64,000 bases of DNA. Origin: the human T2T-CHM13v2.0 reference genome, Homo sapiens. Below, piece after piece: positions 44,697-58,691 of this stretch. The position numbers and the translations under genes are program-made. Location of the stretch: assembly GCF_009914755.1 (NCBI RefSeq), contig NC_060925.1, one strand, 5' to 3'. A model generated the notes under the pieces. The model worked only from the letters and a program-made list of their open reading frames with translations, was not told the origin of the DNA and made no database searches. Numbering within the stretch: position 1 is the stretch's first letter; every line of letters begins with the position of its first letter.

Positions 44697-47600
44697 GTAT
44701 ACAAAACGGCTACATAGTGCCTTTCTGATTATAGCTAGCTGGCCTCTGGCTTCACGTGATTTCGGTCTAGGTGGAGGTTAGAAATATTCTGGACTTGAGA
44801 AAATTAGTCATGACCCCATTTTTGCTGCACCTTTTGCTCTGTCTCATTTAGTAAACGTGATTTGCACTCAGATAATTTGATTTTCACAATCCTTTTTGTA
44901 AAATCTGTTGACTTTCCCATTATCAAAATTGTATACCTTTTAAAACAAAAAGGTAAAGATTCCTACTTCACTTTTTTCCTATAAAAAGAAGACATTTAAT
45001 CTCATTTCTGGCACTAGAACTTTTCCTCTTACCTCTTTTTTTTTTCCAACTTTTAAAATTTGTTCTTGTTTTCAGATTTATAGACGTTTCCTCCCAATGG
45101 TTTTCTGTAAGGCAGTTAGTTCTCTAGTTAGTTCTTCCTGGAGCATTAAAGCCTTCATCCGCAAAATGCCTGTAAATGATTAGAGCATAAGGTAAAAGGT
45201 TTGGGGAAAGCCTATTAATCCACCAGTAAAGTATTATAACATCTGGACCATATTAATTAGAATTAATAGTTCATTTGAGGATTAGTGATGACTCATTCAT
45301 AAAAGAGACAGGAATTCAAGTATTCAAGTACAGTATTGTCAAAAGATTAAGGCATAAACTGTTCACAGCCAGAACTCTACTGAGTTCTACTGGAAGATAT
45401 TTGATATTAAGAAAGGATTAACCCATTATTGGATCAGAGGAGAGTTTCATTCATTATAGTCTTGAATTCTTAATTGCTTAATTTGAGCTATTCGTGTCTG
45501 CCCAATTGATTCTGTACCAACCTTTTAAATTCAACTATGGTAGTTTGTTTCTATAGCAACAGTAAATGCTAGCTTCAATAAACTTTGTGAAACATTCTGG
45601 CATGTTCCACTTGATACAACTTATTTAACAATACTGTCACAAAGGTAGATGTGATCTAGAAGGCATTTTTTAGAAAGCCTGCTACTGGTCAACGTCATTC
45701 CAGAAATTTAGAGCTTGATAAGTGACATTGTTGATGGCCACTTGAAATTTTTGGAAAGTAGTTCTATGGTATGTATACTGTCTATCACAATAAGAACCTA
45801 AGCAGAAAACAGGAGAAAAGTTTTTAAATTTACACAAAATTATGAGAAGCAGCATAGATGAGAAACAGCATAGATGAAAGTGTCATGAAAGGTAAAAAGT
45901 CAGTGCATTTTCATTTTGTATAAAATGTTAAGCACTGTATGCTTAACACTGTGTACTTCTTTTCTTTTGCTTTTTCTTTCAGTGGAGCCTCGCAGCTAAA
46001 TTTGGGCTTTACAGTATTTCTGTGACTAGACATAGGTGTTACAAATTAAACATGGTGTTTTCATATTAGGGTCTAAAATTAGTTGGGCCAGGATGGATGG
46101 GAAATAAACTCGTCCCCCCAGCCCGCCACCAAATATGACCAATATTGTAGAACGTTACATAAAGACTGAGAAAATAACAGCCAAAACAAGATCTTTTTTT
46201 CTCCGTATTTAAATAAAATACTATATTTTGGTGACTGGATTTTGGAGTGGAGAAGGATTTTAAAGATCATCTTCAGGCAGTCTCTCAATTTGGAGATATG
46301 GAAAGTTCCTTGTTTAACTAACGTAGCCCATGCAGAGACAAAGATTTCTGACCATTCTCAGGCAAGACACTTTAATTCTATACATTAAACCCCATTGTCT
46401 GAAGTATATTAATTTAAGTAAGTACTTATTTTAAACCAGGAGCCCTCTTTCTCTAACCTAAGGATGCTCGGAGGATTCTTTAGAGATTATGTGAAAAAAA
46501 TTGTCATCTGAATGAACACATATAAACTATGGTAACTGTATCTTCAGGTCAAGTCCCTTTACTTCACTAAATTTGGACATTAGAGCTTTAAGATGGTAGT
46601 GTATGACCTTTCTGCTGTGACTTGACTTACATTGTTTACTGTTTCTAGAAAAACAAAAATTAGGAGGTGGGAGAAAATGTCATTCAGCTTCAAGAAATGT
46701 GGCATTTAATTATTATGCCATTTTCTCTAATAATTTAGGATGTCAGGGAAAATAGATGAATTGGGCCCAACATGTTTGTAAATAAAATGGGCGGTGTATC
46801 TATTGTTTAAATCTGGTTACTTTTAAGCTCCTTAAGAGCCTTATGACAAAACCAGTGCTAGATGGGACAATGGCAGACTGGTTTTTGTCTATTTCTCTGA
46901 ACAAATATGGAAAGAATAGAAATAATATAATTTTTTTTGGTAGTTCTCTTTTTTAGTTTGTAGAAACACGAAACCATGAAAGAAAAAAATGTTTCCTTTA
47001 GTTCAGTTCTGCCACAAATATGGAGAAAACCTTTTATCTTAAAGAGCAAGATTGTTCTGTAAGGTTATTTTGATTCCTTTGTTTAATCCTCCACTTACCA
47101 TATTTTATGCACTATTAAATATTGACATCAGGATTCCTCCTGATTGCTTTTCCTCTTTTTTTTCTTTCCTTCTTTCCGTCTTTTTCTTTGTTCCTTTCTT
47201 ATTTATTAAAGAAAAATAGCAACAGTGTAGTTCTGCTTACTGATATTCTGATATTATACAAAGTAATTTATTTCCCTTCTACAGAATTTATGTATGAGGA
47301 CCTAAGGCTGTTCAGATATCTAAAGAAAGGTTTGAAGCCTTCTTCTAGCTGGTAATTCCCTTCTTTATTGTCTGGCCCTGAACTAGAAAAGCTATGATGG
47401 GAGGGATGTGGTCCCTTAGTAAACAGCAATGAGCTCTGGCCCATGTGCAATTTCCCTTTCTATCTAAATTCAAAGAACAGAAGATCTTTGCCTTAAACCT
47501 TGCAATGCCAAGGTCTGCTCCTTTGTGACTATGGTAAATTTATCCCACTCTTATTTTAGTTATGTGAAGTGGATCAGGCCCTTTGGAAGATGTTGGCATT

Positions 47601-49339
47601 AGATGCTGGTAAAAGATTAGGCCTTTAATTTTATGGTAGTCAATGGTTCTTGTCTGTCTCCTATTATTAACAATAGGGTTGACAATTATAGCAGTTTGAG
47701 ATCTATAACTCACTACTGTGAGGACTAGAAAGTGCCAAGAAAACTGCTGTTAACACAAAAAGTCTAAAAACTGGCCTTAGCCTAAAAAAAAGTCTCATAT
47801 TGTGCAACACTAGGCCTGGAAGCGGTTCTCTTTTCTGATACTGGAAAGCCTTTGTCCTAATTCTGAGTCAAAAGTGACTTAATTTAAAATTATATTATCA
47901 TTTCCACATGATTTTAGTACCTGAGTGTCTAGAGAGTAACACTGATTCTACCAAATCAGGTATTACTTATTTCATGGGCTACACTATCATTGTAGGAGTG
48001 ACTGTTTTATGTACTTGATACTTCACAAGAATTCATTATGTTGTTGGCTTAGTGGGACTTGCTAAGTGCTCTTTCAGCAGACTGTTACCTGCAAGGACAT
48101 TTTTCTGAGATGCAAAATAGTAAATTATTACAAATAAAGAAGAAACAAATATCTTCCAACTTTTAGGTCAGTACATTATTTATAGAAAAAGAGGTTTCTT
48201 ATTATTATTCATGTCAAGATTGATTCATATGAGATTCAAATACATTATGTATTTTCCTGTGGCATTCTTTGGCTTTAAAGTTGCTGTTCGAATATATGTT
48301 ATATACAGTCTTATTTCTAAGAGAGCCACTAAAGGCTCGTTTTTGTTTGTTTTTATTGTTCTTATTTGTTCATTAAACAAAAACTTTTGATCTCTGCAGT
48401 ATTCCCGGCATTATGGTAGGCAATGGGTTTATAGAAATGAGAGATACATTCCCAACCTGAGTGGAAATCCAGTTCAGTTTAATTGGATCTTTTTCCTGAT
48501 TTCCCATGAAACCTTGGACTAATTACTTCTCTAAGTTTCCATTTCCTTGTATGTAAAATAGGATTGGATCAGATGGTTAGTTTATAAAGTTTCCTTCACC
48601 ACTGTAAGATTGTTTGGTTTAAAGTAAATAAATATGACCACCTTCCTTGCCATTTTAAACTTGAAGCTATTTTCTTTAATTCTGCCTGTTGTAGTTTGAA
48701 TTTCAAAGTATCTTACTGTAGGTGTTACTGTTGTTTTACGCTGAAGAAGTAAGAAGCCAAATTTTATAGAGATGGTTTTATCATTAAGTAAATGATGAAT
48801 TTATTTATTAGTTAGAATCATTGTAAACATCTATTAATGTGGTTACTTTGCCCATGGTGTGACATAGTTCATATTGCCTCAGGTGAAGGCTTCCTGTTAT
48901 ACCCACAACAACAAATATCTCAAATAATTTTTCCAGAAGTCATTATCCTTGCTGCTTTTTTCCCTCTCCCTCTATCCAGTCCACCAGCAAGTCCTGTTAG
49001 CTATACTTTCAAAACATATCCATATCTATCCATTTATTTCCCCCTCCCTTTACTAACCACCAGGATCCAAGCTACTATTGTCTTTCACCTGCACTACCGC
49101 AGCAGCCTCCTACCTGGTCTCTCTGCTTCTCTTGGTGCTCCCCAATAATTCATTCACCACAGCATGATCTTTTCAAAACTTCTGTATGATTACCTGTTAA
49201 AAAACTGCAGTCTATTCTCATTTCAATTAAAATGAAATCCAGTTCATTAACTTTGTTGTCTGAAGCTGGATGTGACCTGGTGCCTGCCTGCCTCTCCACC
49301 TCATTGAGTTTCCCTGTCCCCTTTGCCCACTATGCTCTA

Positions 49340-49678
49340 GCCCTGTGCTATCCAGTAAGCTAGCCACTAGTCTTAGGAGCTGTTGAACCCTTGAAATGTG
49401 GCTAGTCCAAATTGAGATGTGCTGTGAGTATAAAATATACCTTGAATTTCAGACTTATGAAAAATCATGTAATATTATCTCAGATAATAATGTTATCTCA
49501 TTAATAATTTTTATATTATTTACATGTTTATGATAACATTTTGGATATATTGGGTTAAATAAAATATTTTGTTAAAATTAAGTTTACCTATTTATTTTGT
49601 ACTTTGTTCATTGAAGCTACTAGAAAATTAAAAATTACATACATGGCTCACATTATATTTCTACTGGAGAGTGCTATT
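49340..49678. mobile_element. MER33-type MITE inside an L2
   Basis: cttgaaatgtggctagtccaaattgagatgtgctgt motif; opposite orientation to the 6872 copy. Confidence 0.75.
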
Positions 49679-50619
49679 CTAGCCACAGAGGCCTTTCTCT
49701 TTTCCAGGCTCATATTCCATTAGCTGTTCTTTCTGCCTGGATTGTTCTGCTGATCTTTGCAGGACTGATTCTTTTTCCTTCAGATATCTATTTAAATGCT
49801 GCCTCATAAAGACCTTTCTCTGATCAAACAATTTAGGGTAATTTAACCACCCACTCTGTATTATGCTTTCCTGTTTTGCCGCACAGGGCTTGTCCATAAT
49901 ATTTTTTGCATTTCCTTGTTTGTTTATCATGTACTCCCCACTCCAACCCCTGCAAAATATAAGTTTCAAGAGCACAGGGACTTTGTCTTGCATGATACTC
50001 TATCTTCAAGACAGTGCCTAGCACATAGTTAGTGTGCAACAGATATATGTTATGTCAGCATTGTATTCCTCACAGTGCCTCACATGGTGCTTTGCTTATT
50101 ATAGCATTTAGTAGGTGTTAGAAAAGTTGATAAATAGCACTGGAGGAATAGAAGAGATTTTTCTTCTGCAATTTTTATGCTTCCAGTCAGTTGCTGGCAG
50201 GAAGGGATTTAAGGTAAGCTGTAACTCCACTGCCTTGAAAGTGGTAATCAAGTCTGAAAGTGTGAGGGAAACAAAAAATGAATAGCAGTTGCCTTTTCTC
50301 TCTTAATGAGTTTATATTCCTAATTGGAATGGAAGCAGGTATGGAGGCGGGAAGATCAAATTTAATTGCCGCAGTAAATTTGTAGTTTTATTTTAACATC
50401 CTTAGCTTGTAATGATTACTAAGAATAGTTCAATAAGTTTATCTTATTGTCCCATATATAAATCATTGTTCCATATATAAATTGTCCCATATATAAAATC
50501 ATACTTTTTTCTCCTGAATCTTTTAAGTGAATTGATATTCCTATAAAATATATCTCTTTCCCATTTCACTATGGATTATTTATCTGTGCTTATGCTATAA
50601 ATCTGCCTTTAGGCACATC

Positions 50620-51000
50620 TATTTTAAATTTATTTTAATTTTTCTCTTTTTATTTTGAAATAATTTCAAACGTACAGAGATGTTATAAGAGAAATACCAA
50701 GAACTCCCATATACCCTTTACCCAGATTTACCAGTTGCAAATATTTTGTCACATTTGCTTTATAAACTCTCCCACTGTCTGTATTTGCACAGTATTTTTT
50801 AAAAATTCTTGAACCATTTGAGAATTAGTTGTAGATAGTATACTCCTTTACCCTAAATACTTAAGCATTATTTCTTAAGGACAAGGACATCTCTTATATA
50901 ATTACAGTACAATTATCAAATTTAGAAAATTAGACATTGATAAAATACTGTTACCTAATATATAGTCCATATCAAAATCTGCCAATTTTTTCCAATAATG
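50620..51000 (-). mobile_element. old L1M 3' fragment
   Basis: gaactcccatatacccttta cccagatt and aggacaaggacatctcttatataa motifs. Confidence 0.7.
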
Positions 51001-51440
51001 TGAAACAAGCATGTTGTAAGAAAGGTAGCCGGAATGTAACTTCTCTCAGGAAGTGTAAGTTTGATGAGTATGCCTTTTCAACTCCTTGATTAAAAATAGA
51101 ATAAAGCAAATATTTGGTCATTGTAAGCATTTCCTTTATTAAATCCTCCCCTTCTCATTGAACTCTGAATTACTTGCTTTCGCTGAATAAACATGTAGTG
51201 TTTGTGTGAATTGGTACAGAAAAGTGGAGAGGGAAGCTGGGGAGCATAGTACAAATGGAGGTGAATCAGTGTTCTTAATAAGGAACAGACCTGTCTTTAG
51301 GAATTCATACTGATAATTTATGCAACAAATCTGATTCTCTAAATCTCTGGCAAAAGATGCAACAGACATTTTTGAAGACAAAAAAAAAATTTTGTTGGCC
51401 ATGTTTAACTCACCTTACTCGTTTTGCCGTTTCTTCCTAG

Positions 51441-51572
51441 CCCATGACTGAAGAGTTGCTGAAACAACAAAAGCTGAATTCACATGAGACCACTATAACT
51501 CAGCAGTCTGTATCTGATTCCCACTTGGCAGAACTCCAGGAAAAAATCCAGCAAACAGAGGCCACCAACAAG
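51441..51572 (+). CDS. PDE4DIP: PDE4DIP first shared exon, PMTEELLKQQKL...TEATNK
   Basis: cctag acceptor and gtatga donor; 132 nt; phase 0-0. Confidence 0.96.
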
Positions 51573-51812
51573 GTATGATTAGTACTATGCCCTAGGAGAT
51601 GACAAGGTTTTCCTGAGGATGTGACTGGCTCTAGCCTGAGTCTGTCAACCTTTGTAGGACTTGGGAGATGAATACTGTGTACTCCTTGTGCTCTAGGGAA
51701 TATTTCATGTAAAAGTGTAGTTCTTCTCTTTATTCTTATGAAGATTTTAGCTTGTTCTGTACAGATCATAATTTCTGGTGCTTTTCAGGTGTGTAATTAA
51801 AACTTGCATGCA

Positions 51813-52101
51813 GGCCGGCGCAGTGGCTCATGCCTGTAATGCCAGTGCTTTGGGAGGCCAAGGCAGGCGGATCACGAGGTCAGGAGTTCGAGACCAGCCT
51901 GGCCAACATGGTGAAACCCTGTCTCTACTAAAAAATAAAAAAAAATTAGCCAGGCGTTGTGGCAGACACCTGTAATCCCACCTACTCGGGAGGCTGAGGC
52001 AAGACAATCGCTTGAACGCAGGAGGTGGATGTTGCAGTGAGCCAGGACCATGCCACTGCACTCAGGCCTGGGCAACAGAGAGAGACTCTGTCTCAAAAAA
52101 A
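51813..52101 (+). mobile_element. AluS with TSD acttgcatgca
   Basis: sense dimer with TSD. Confidence 0.95.
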
Positions 52102-52623
52102 CACTTGCATGCAGTCTTCCACTGTAAAAGGCACTGAGATAGGAGGTCTGTGTTTTTTATTTTAGCTTAACTTGTTACTACTTTCTAGCCCATGAATTTT
52201 AATGTCTGGCTTAGAAGAAAATTGCTACAATTTGGGATGCTGAACTTGTGGCCTGGGTGCCCTTATAGTGCCCTCTCCTATGCTAGATAGCAGAAGCTCT
52301 TTGGTCCTTGTATAAGGGATCCATATTAGAAACCACTTGCCTACTTGGTCCATGTGGACAAGTTCCTAGTATGGCTGCCATCATAGAGAGATCACAGTGC
52401 GTGAAAATTGAGACAATTTAGTATTGAAGGAAGTATTTCATTTCTCCTGCTACTTTTTGTTGCTGATTGACTTACCACTTTAATGGTTACTCTATGTAGG
52501 AAAAATAACAAGGTAATATCCCCTAAGAAATTCTTTAAATCCTAGATTTGAGGAAAGGCTTTATTCATTTGAGGCTAAAAGACATCATTGACCTAAAAAA
52601 CTGTTTTTCTTTGCTGAATTCAG

Positions 52624-52743
52624 ATTCTTCAAGAGAAACTTAATGAAATGAGCTATGAACTAAAGTGTGCTCAGGAGTCGTCTCAAAAGCAAGATGGTAC
52701 AATTCAGAACCTCAAGGAAACTCTGAAAAGCAGGGAACGTGAG
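52624..52743 (+). CDS. PDE4DIP: PDE4DIP exon, ILQEKLNEMSY...KSRERE
   Basis: ttcag acceptor and gtaaca donor; 120 nt; phase 0-0. Confidence 0.96.
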
Positions 52744-52982
52744 GTAACATATTTACCAATCAAGGACCTGTGTGGAAACAATTGGTCCCTTCAAAGTAGA
52801 CAAGTATTTTATATTTTGTCAAAATGGATATTGTCAGACTAGCATGTCTTAGCCTGGAGAAGTTGTAGCTTAATCTCAATTGATATTTTGGAATAGTCCT
52901 GTTACTAAAATGTGTACAGGTGATATAATGGAATTTATAATTAGTTTACTAACATATTTGATATTCCCTCTCTCATTTTCAG

Positions 52983-53075
52983 ACTGAGGAGTTGTACCAG
53001 GTAATTGAAGGTCAAAATGACACAATGGCAAAGCTTCGAGAAATGCTGCACCAAAGCCAGCTTGGACAACTTCAC
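52983..53075 (+). CDS. PDE4DIP: PDE4DIP exon, TEELYQVIEG...QLGQLH
   Basis: ttttcag acceptor and gtatgt donor; 93 nt. Confidence 0.95.
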
Positions 53076-53214
53076 GTATGTGAGGGTCACGTAGGACAGG
53101 AGAGACTTCAGTTGGGGATGTGCCATTTTGGTTGCAGTCTTGATTTTATTTTTAGTCTTTGTGGGAGCTCAGTGCTTGCCCTCCTTGTGATTGTGATTTC
53201 TACTCTCTTTTCAG

Positions 53215-53427
53215 AGCTCAGAGGGTACTTCTCCAGCTCAGCAACAGGTAGCTCTGCTTGATCTTCAGAGTGCTTTATTCTGCAGCCAACTTGAAATACA
53301 GAAGCTCCAGAGGGTGGTACGACAGAAAGAGCGCCAACTGGCTGATGCCAAACAATGTGTGCAATTTGTAGAGGCTGCAGCACACGAGAGTGAACAGCAG
53401 AAAGAGGCTTCTTGGAAACATAACCAG
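53215..53427 (+). CDS. PDE4DIP: PDE4DIP exon, SSEGTSPAQQQV...SWKHNQ
   Basis: ttttcag acceptor and gtaaat donor; 213 nt. Confidence 0.95.
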
Positions 53428-53577
53428 GTAAATCATTAACTATTTTATTGCCCTAAATGCTGACTTTGCCCTGATCATAACTTTTTAGCAGGACAGTTTG
53501 TGTTGAACCCTTGAGTCAGTTGCATAATCTAAGTATTTCAGTTCAACACTTGCTGCCCTTGTACCATATGCTAGTTA

Positions 53578-54147
<570 letters not shown>

Positions 54148-54470
54148 TATTGAGTTGTACCCTGGAAATACAAGGATGAATAGCACAGGCTCCTTTCTTT
54201 TAAGTTACTTATAGTTCAGTAAGAGAGACAGTCACATAAGCTGAGTTTCAGTGTGGTAAATTCTGAAGGGGATGTATATATGGGGTCCTACAGGAATATC
54301 TAGGAAAGGAGTCAAGGAAAAGGAATCAAGGAAAACTTCATGAAGGAGGAGACATCTGAGGTTATTCTTGAAGGATGGGTAAAACCAGGCAGAAAAGTGG
54401 GGAAGAACCACTAAGGTCAGAGGAATGACATGCATAATAATCAGCCCTGTTTTTTATTTTTTATTTTTGA

Positions 54471-55193
<723 letters not shown>

Positions 55194-55400
55194 AAAATAC
55201 ACAACTCTTAAATGGTTCCTTTATCTTGTTAGGTCAGAGTGTATGTGTTTGTTTAAGATTTAAAAGATTTTTTTGTGTGTGGTCTCTTCTTAAGCTCTTT
55301 AACACTCAGGTTTAAAAGTAATTTTTGAAGGATCTCCCTGGTTTAGTGGTTTGGAGATCAAATATTAGCCCTGAATTTCCTTTTGAAATATTAAAATTTT

Positions 55401-55687
55401 GGCTGGGCACAGTGGCTCACGCCTGTAATCCCAGCACTTTGGGAGGCCGAGGTGGGTGGATCATGTGGTCAGTAGTTCAAGACCAGCCTGGCCAAGATGG
55501 TGAAACCCCGTCTCTACTAAAAATACAAAAATTAGCCCAGCGTGGTGGCAGGAGCCTTTAATCCCAGCTACTTGGGAGGCTGAGGCACAGAAATGCTTGA
55601 ACCCGGAAGGCGGAGGTTGCAGTGAGCCGAGATTGTACCACTGCACTTCAGCATGGGCAACAGAGTGAGACTCCATCTCAAAAAAAA
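55401..55687 (+). mobile_element. AluS with TSD gaaatattaaaattt
   Basis: sense dimer with TSD. Confidence 0.95.
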
Positions 55688-56269
55688 GAAATATTAAAAT
55701 TTCAGATGTCTGGGCAGGGTCGGGGAGTGGTGGAGGGATGGAGGTAGAAATAATTCTTAACTTTTTGTTATTTAGCTAAAGGAAACATTTCCCCAAGATT
55801 TGTTTAGTTGAGAATATGTATTTGGTAGCTTTCTAAAGTAACAGATGATTTAAAGATTACTGACTTTATTATTAGAAAAATAAATATGGCAAACTAAGAA
55901 AGAAGAGTGATGGTCTCTATGAGATCTTTAGAAAAAAGGATGATAGGAATAGTTTATCCTTGAGCTTATTGTAAATAATCCAGGTTTACCGTAGGACAGA
56001 TTCTCACTTAATGGTTCTATAGATGTATTCTTTTTAAGCCAAAAAATAAGTATTGAACTATAATATCAAGCTTACTTCCTACCCCATTCACAACTTTTAC
56101 AATTTTCCATATCCTATTCAATTCATGTATAATACTTCTATAGCAATTTTAATAATGGCACCCTCTGCTCCTCTTTCAGTTTATATACCTTGAAAATTTT
56201 AAGGCCTCTGTATCTAATAACCATGTGACAATTTTAGATCTCTTTAAAAAGGTAATATGTTTAATTCAG

Positions 56270-56428
56270 GAATTGCGAAAAGCCTTGCAGCAGCTACAAG
56301 AAGAATTGCAGAATAAGAGCCAACAGCTTCGTGCCTGGGAGGCTGAAAAATACAATGAGATTCGAACCCAGGAACAAAACATCCAGCACCTAAACCATAG
56401 TCTGAGTCACAAGGAGCAGTTGCTTCAG
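56270..56428 (+). CDS. PDE4DIP: PDE4DIP exon, ELRKALQQLQEE...KEQLLQ
   Basis: ttcag acceptor (poor pyrimidine tract) and gtgagt donor; 159 nt. Confidence 0.95.
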
Positions 56429-57328
56429 GTGAGTTTACATGATTTCAATGAAAACTGGGCTCATAGAACTCTGAAATTTGTTTATATAATTTTAAGATAT
56501 TAATCCACCTGTGCTGAGTCCCTGCCATATGGAAAACATTGAGAGAGGTGGGAATCAGGAGGATTTAAAATAAATAGAAAATATAATTTGTGAATTAAGA
56601 TGCTTACTAACAAGTATAAGAAACAGTACATATAGCCCTGACTTAAGCAGTCTTTTATGAAGTCTTTTATAAAGACTTAATATTCAGAAAATAGTTATTA
56701 AGCACCTCTGTGAATCAAACACTTTTCTGGGTGTTGGGAAGACAAAAGATTTGGCTACTGATCTCAGTTTAATAGATGAAGACAAACTGTACAGAAACTT
56801 CCACAGAGTAATTTTGATGATAGAATAAAAGTTTGAGGGGAAGATGGAGCATTAAGAAGAGACTGATCTGTTCTGCCACCTACTCTAAGCTTCAGTCACA
56901 TTGAATCCACTACATTTCACTGAATGTACAATTTTTTCATTGTATGCATAGTGTGCATATTTTTTTTTCTCTAACGTATCCTCCTCTCCCTTCTTCACTT
57001 AGGAAATCCTAGTCCTTTAATTAAGACTCACTGCAAATATTACCTCCTCTGTGAGGTCTTTACTGACACCTTCAGGCAGAGTTAGGCAGTGCATCCTGTG
57101 TTCCCCTGGTGGCTAGCGTATGTTGCAGAACAGTTAATTCTATGTGTTGTGTCTGTTGTATGTTGCAGAATAGTTTACAGTTTATATGTCTGTTATCTCT
57201 GCTAAACTTGTTACTTTTGAGGAGAGTGATCACATCTTGTTTTTTTTTTATCCTGAATAACTAGCAAATTACTTGGTAATTTAGTTAATATTGGATAAAA
57301 GAATAAAAGAAACTATTTTTGGTCTCAG

Positions 57329-57442
57329 GAATTTCGGGAGCTCCTACAGTATCGAGATAACTCAGACAAAACCCTTGAAGCAAATGAAATGTTGCTTGAG
57401 AAACTTCGCCAGCGAATACATGATAAAGCTGTTGCTCTGGAG
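57329..57442 (+). CDS. PDE4DIP: PDE4DIP exon, EFRELLQYRDN...KAVALE
   Basis: ctcag acceptor and gtatgt donor; 114 nt. Confidence 0.95.
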
Positions 57443-57624
57443 GTATGTATCATCATTTCGCCCACTATGCTATGGATTATTCTATCTACATAGGTATTAT
57501 AGAAATTTGTGTTTGCTTAAATTTGCTGCTTTGGGATTTGGTTTTCTATTCTGCCATCTTGTTGAATAAGAGTGATCAGGATAGTAAATCTTACAGAGCT
57601 TTAGGAGTCTTCCTTTCCTTGCAG

Positions 57625-57762
57625 CGGGCTATAGATGAAAAATTCTCTGCTCTAGAAGAGAAAGAAAAAGAACTGCGCCAGCTTCGTCTTGCTGTGAGAG
57701 AGCGAGATCATGACTTAGAGAGACTGCGCGATGTCCTCTCCTCCAATGAAGCTACTATGCAA
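57625..57762 (+). CDS. PDE4DIP: PDE4DIP exon, RAIDEKFSALEE...NEATMQ
   Basis: tgcag acceptor and gtaaga donor; 138 nt. Confidence 0.96.
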
Positions 57763-58511
57763 GTAAGAGCAAAACCTATCTCTGACTTGGTGTTCCTCTC
57801 CCACTTGTATCCTGAGCCTGAAGCATGACCCCCTTCCATCATTTTCTGAAAACCAGGGATTTTGCTTTATAAGGGGGAAGAAAACCAAAAAGAGCAGTTA
57901 CTAGTTCCATCATTGTCAATTAGCAAGTGAGAGATTTTAGCGCTTCTACTTTTCTTTTGTAATATGAACTTTGTGAGGAGAGCCAGTAAATATTGATTTC
58001 TGTTTACATAGTTCTGATTTATTTCCAATTCTTGTTCATACATAAGTATACATACACACACGCTCTTCTCTCTCTCTCTTACTTTTACTGAAGCATTACC
58101 AGGGTGCAATTATTAAATTGTGTCTTCTACATTAATATTATCTACATGTCCATGAATTGCCATAATTAGAACACTTGTTTATCTATATTTACTGTGGACT
58201 TTTTTGCATATTTATTTTAGAGCTTATGTATCTATCTGCCACTTTTTCGAGAAATCCTTTATAGCATAGTGCACTTCCTCCAAAATACTTCCTTTTATCA
58301 TATATTCTATATTTAATCTCTCCACAAACTAGATAAAAGTTTCTAAAAACCAAAAAAATAGATTAGTGTGGCATTGTTAGATCAATGTTCTCATCTTGCA
58401 AATAAAAAAAAATTGATGGGAGATTATTTAAAAGTGGATCTAATTTCTTGTTTATCCTGAGGAGTATGGGGTAATCATTTTGACTGATTATTGCTCTCTT
58501 TATGGCTGTAG

Positions 58512-58691
58512 AGTATGGAGAGTCTCCTGAGGGCCAAAGGCCTGGAAGTGGAACAGTTATCTACTACCTGTCAAAACCTCCAGTGGCTGAAAGAAGAAAT
58601 GGAAACCAAATTTAGCCGTTGGCAGAAGGAACAAGAGAGTATCATTCAGCAGTTACAGACGTCTCTTCATGATAGGAACAAAGAAGTGGAG
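58512..58691 (+). CDS. PDE4DIP: PDE4DIP exon, SMESLLRAKG...RNKEVE, ending at a non-canonical GC donor
   Basis: gtag acceptor; GAG|gcaaga is the only donor giving the in-frame junction EVE-DLS; 180 nt. Confidence 0.92.

Noticed and set aside
45925-45949. 9-bp hairpin tgttaagca / tgcttaaca
   Set aside because: Expected by chance in 64 kb of AT-rich DNA.
53076-53214. 139-nt intron that is open in the exon frame (possible retained coding intron)
   Set aside because: The length is not a multiple of 3, so retention frameshifts and stops at 53261.
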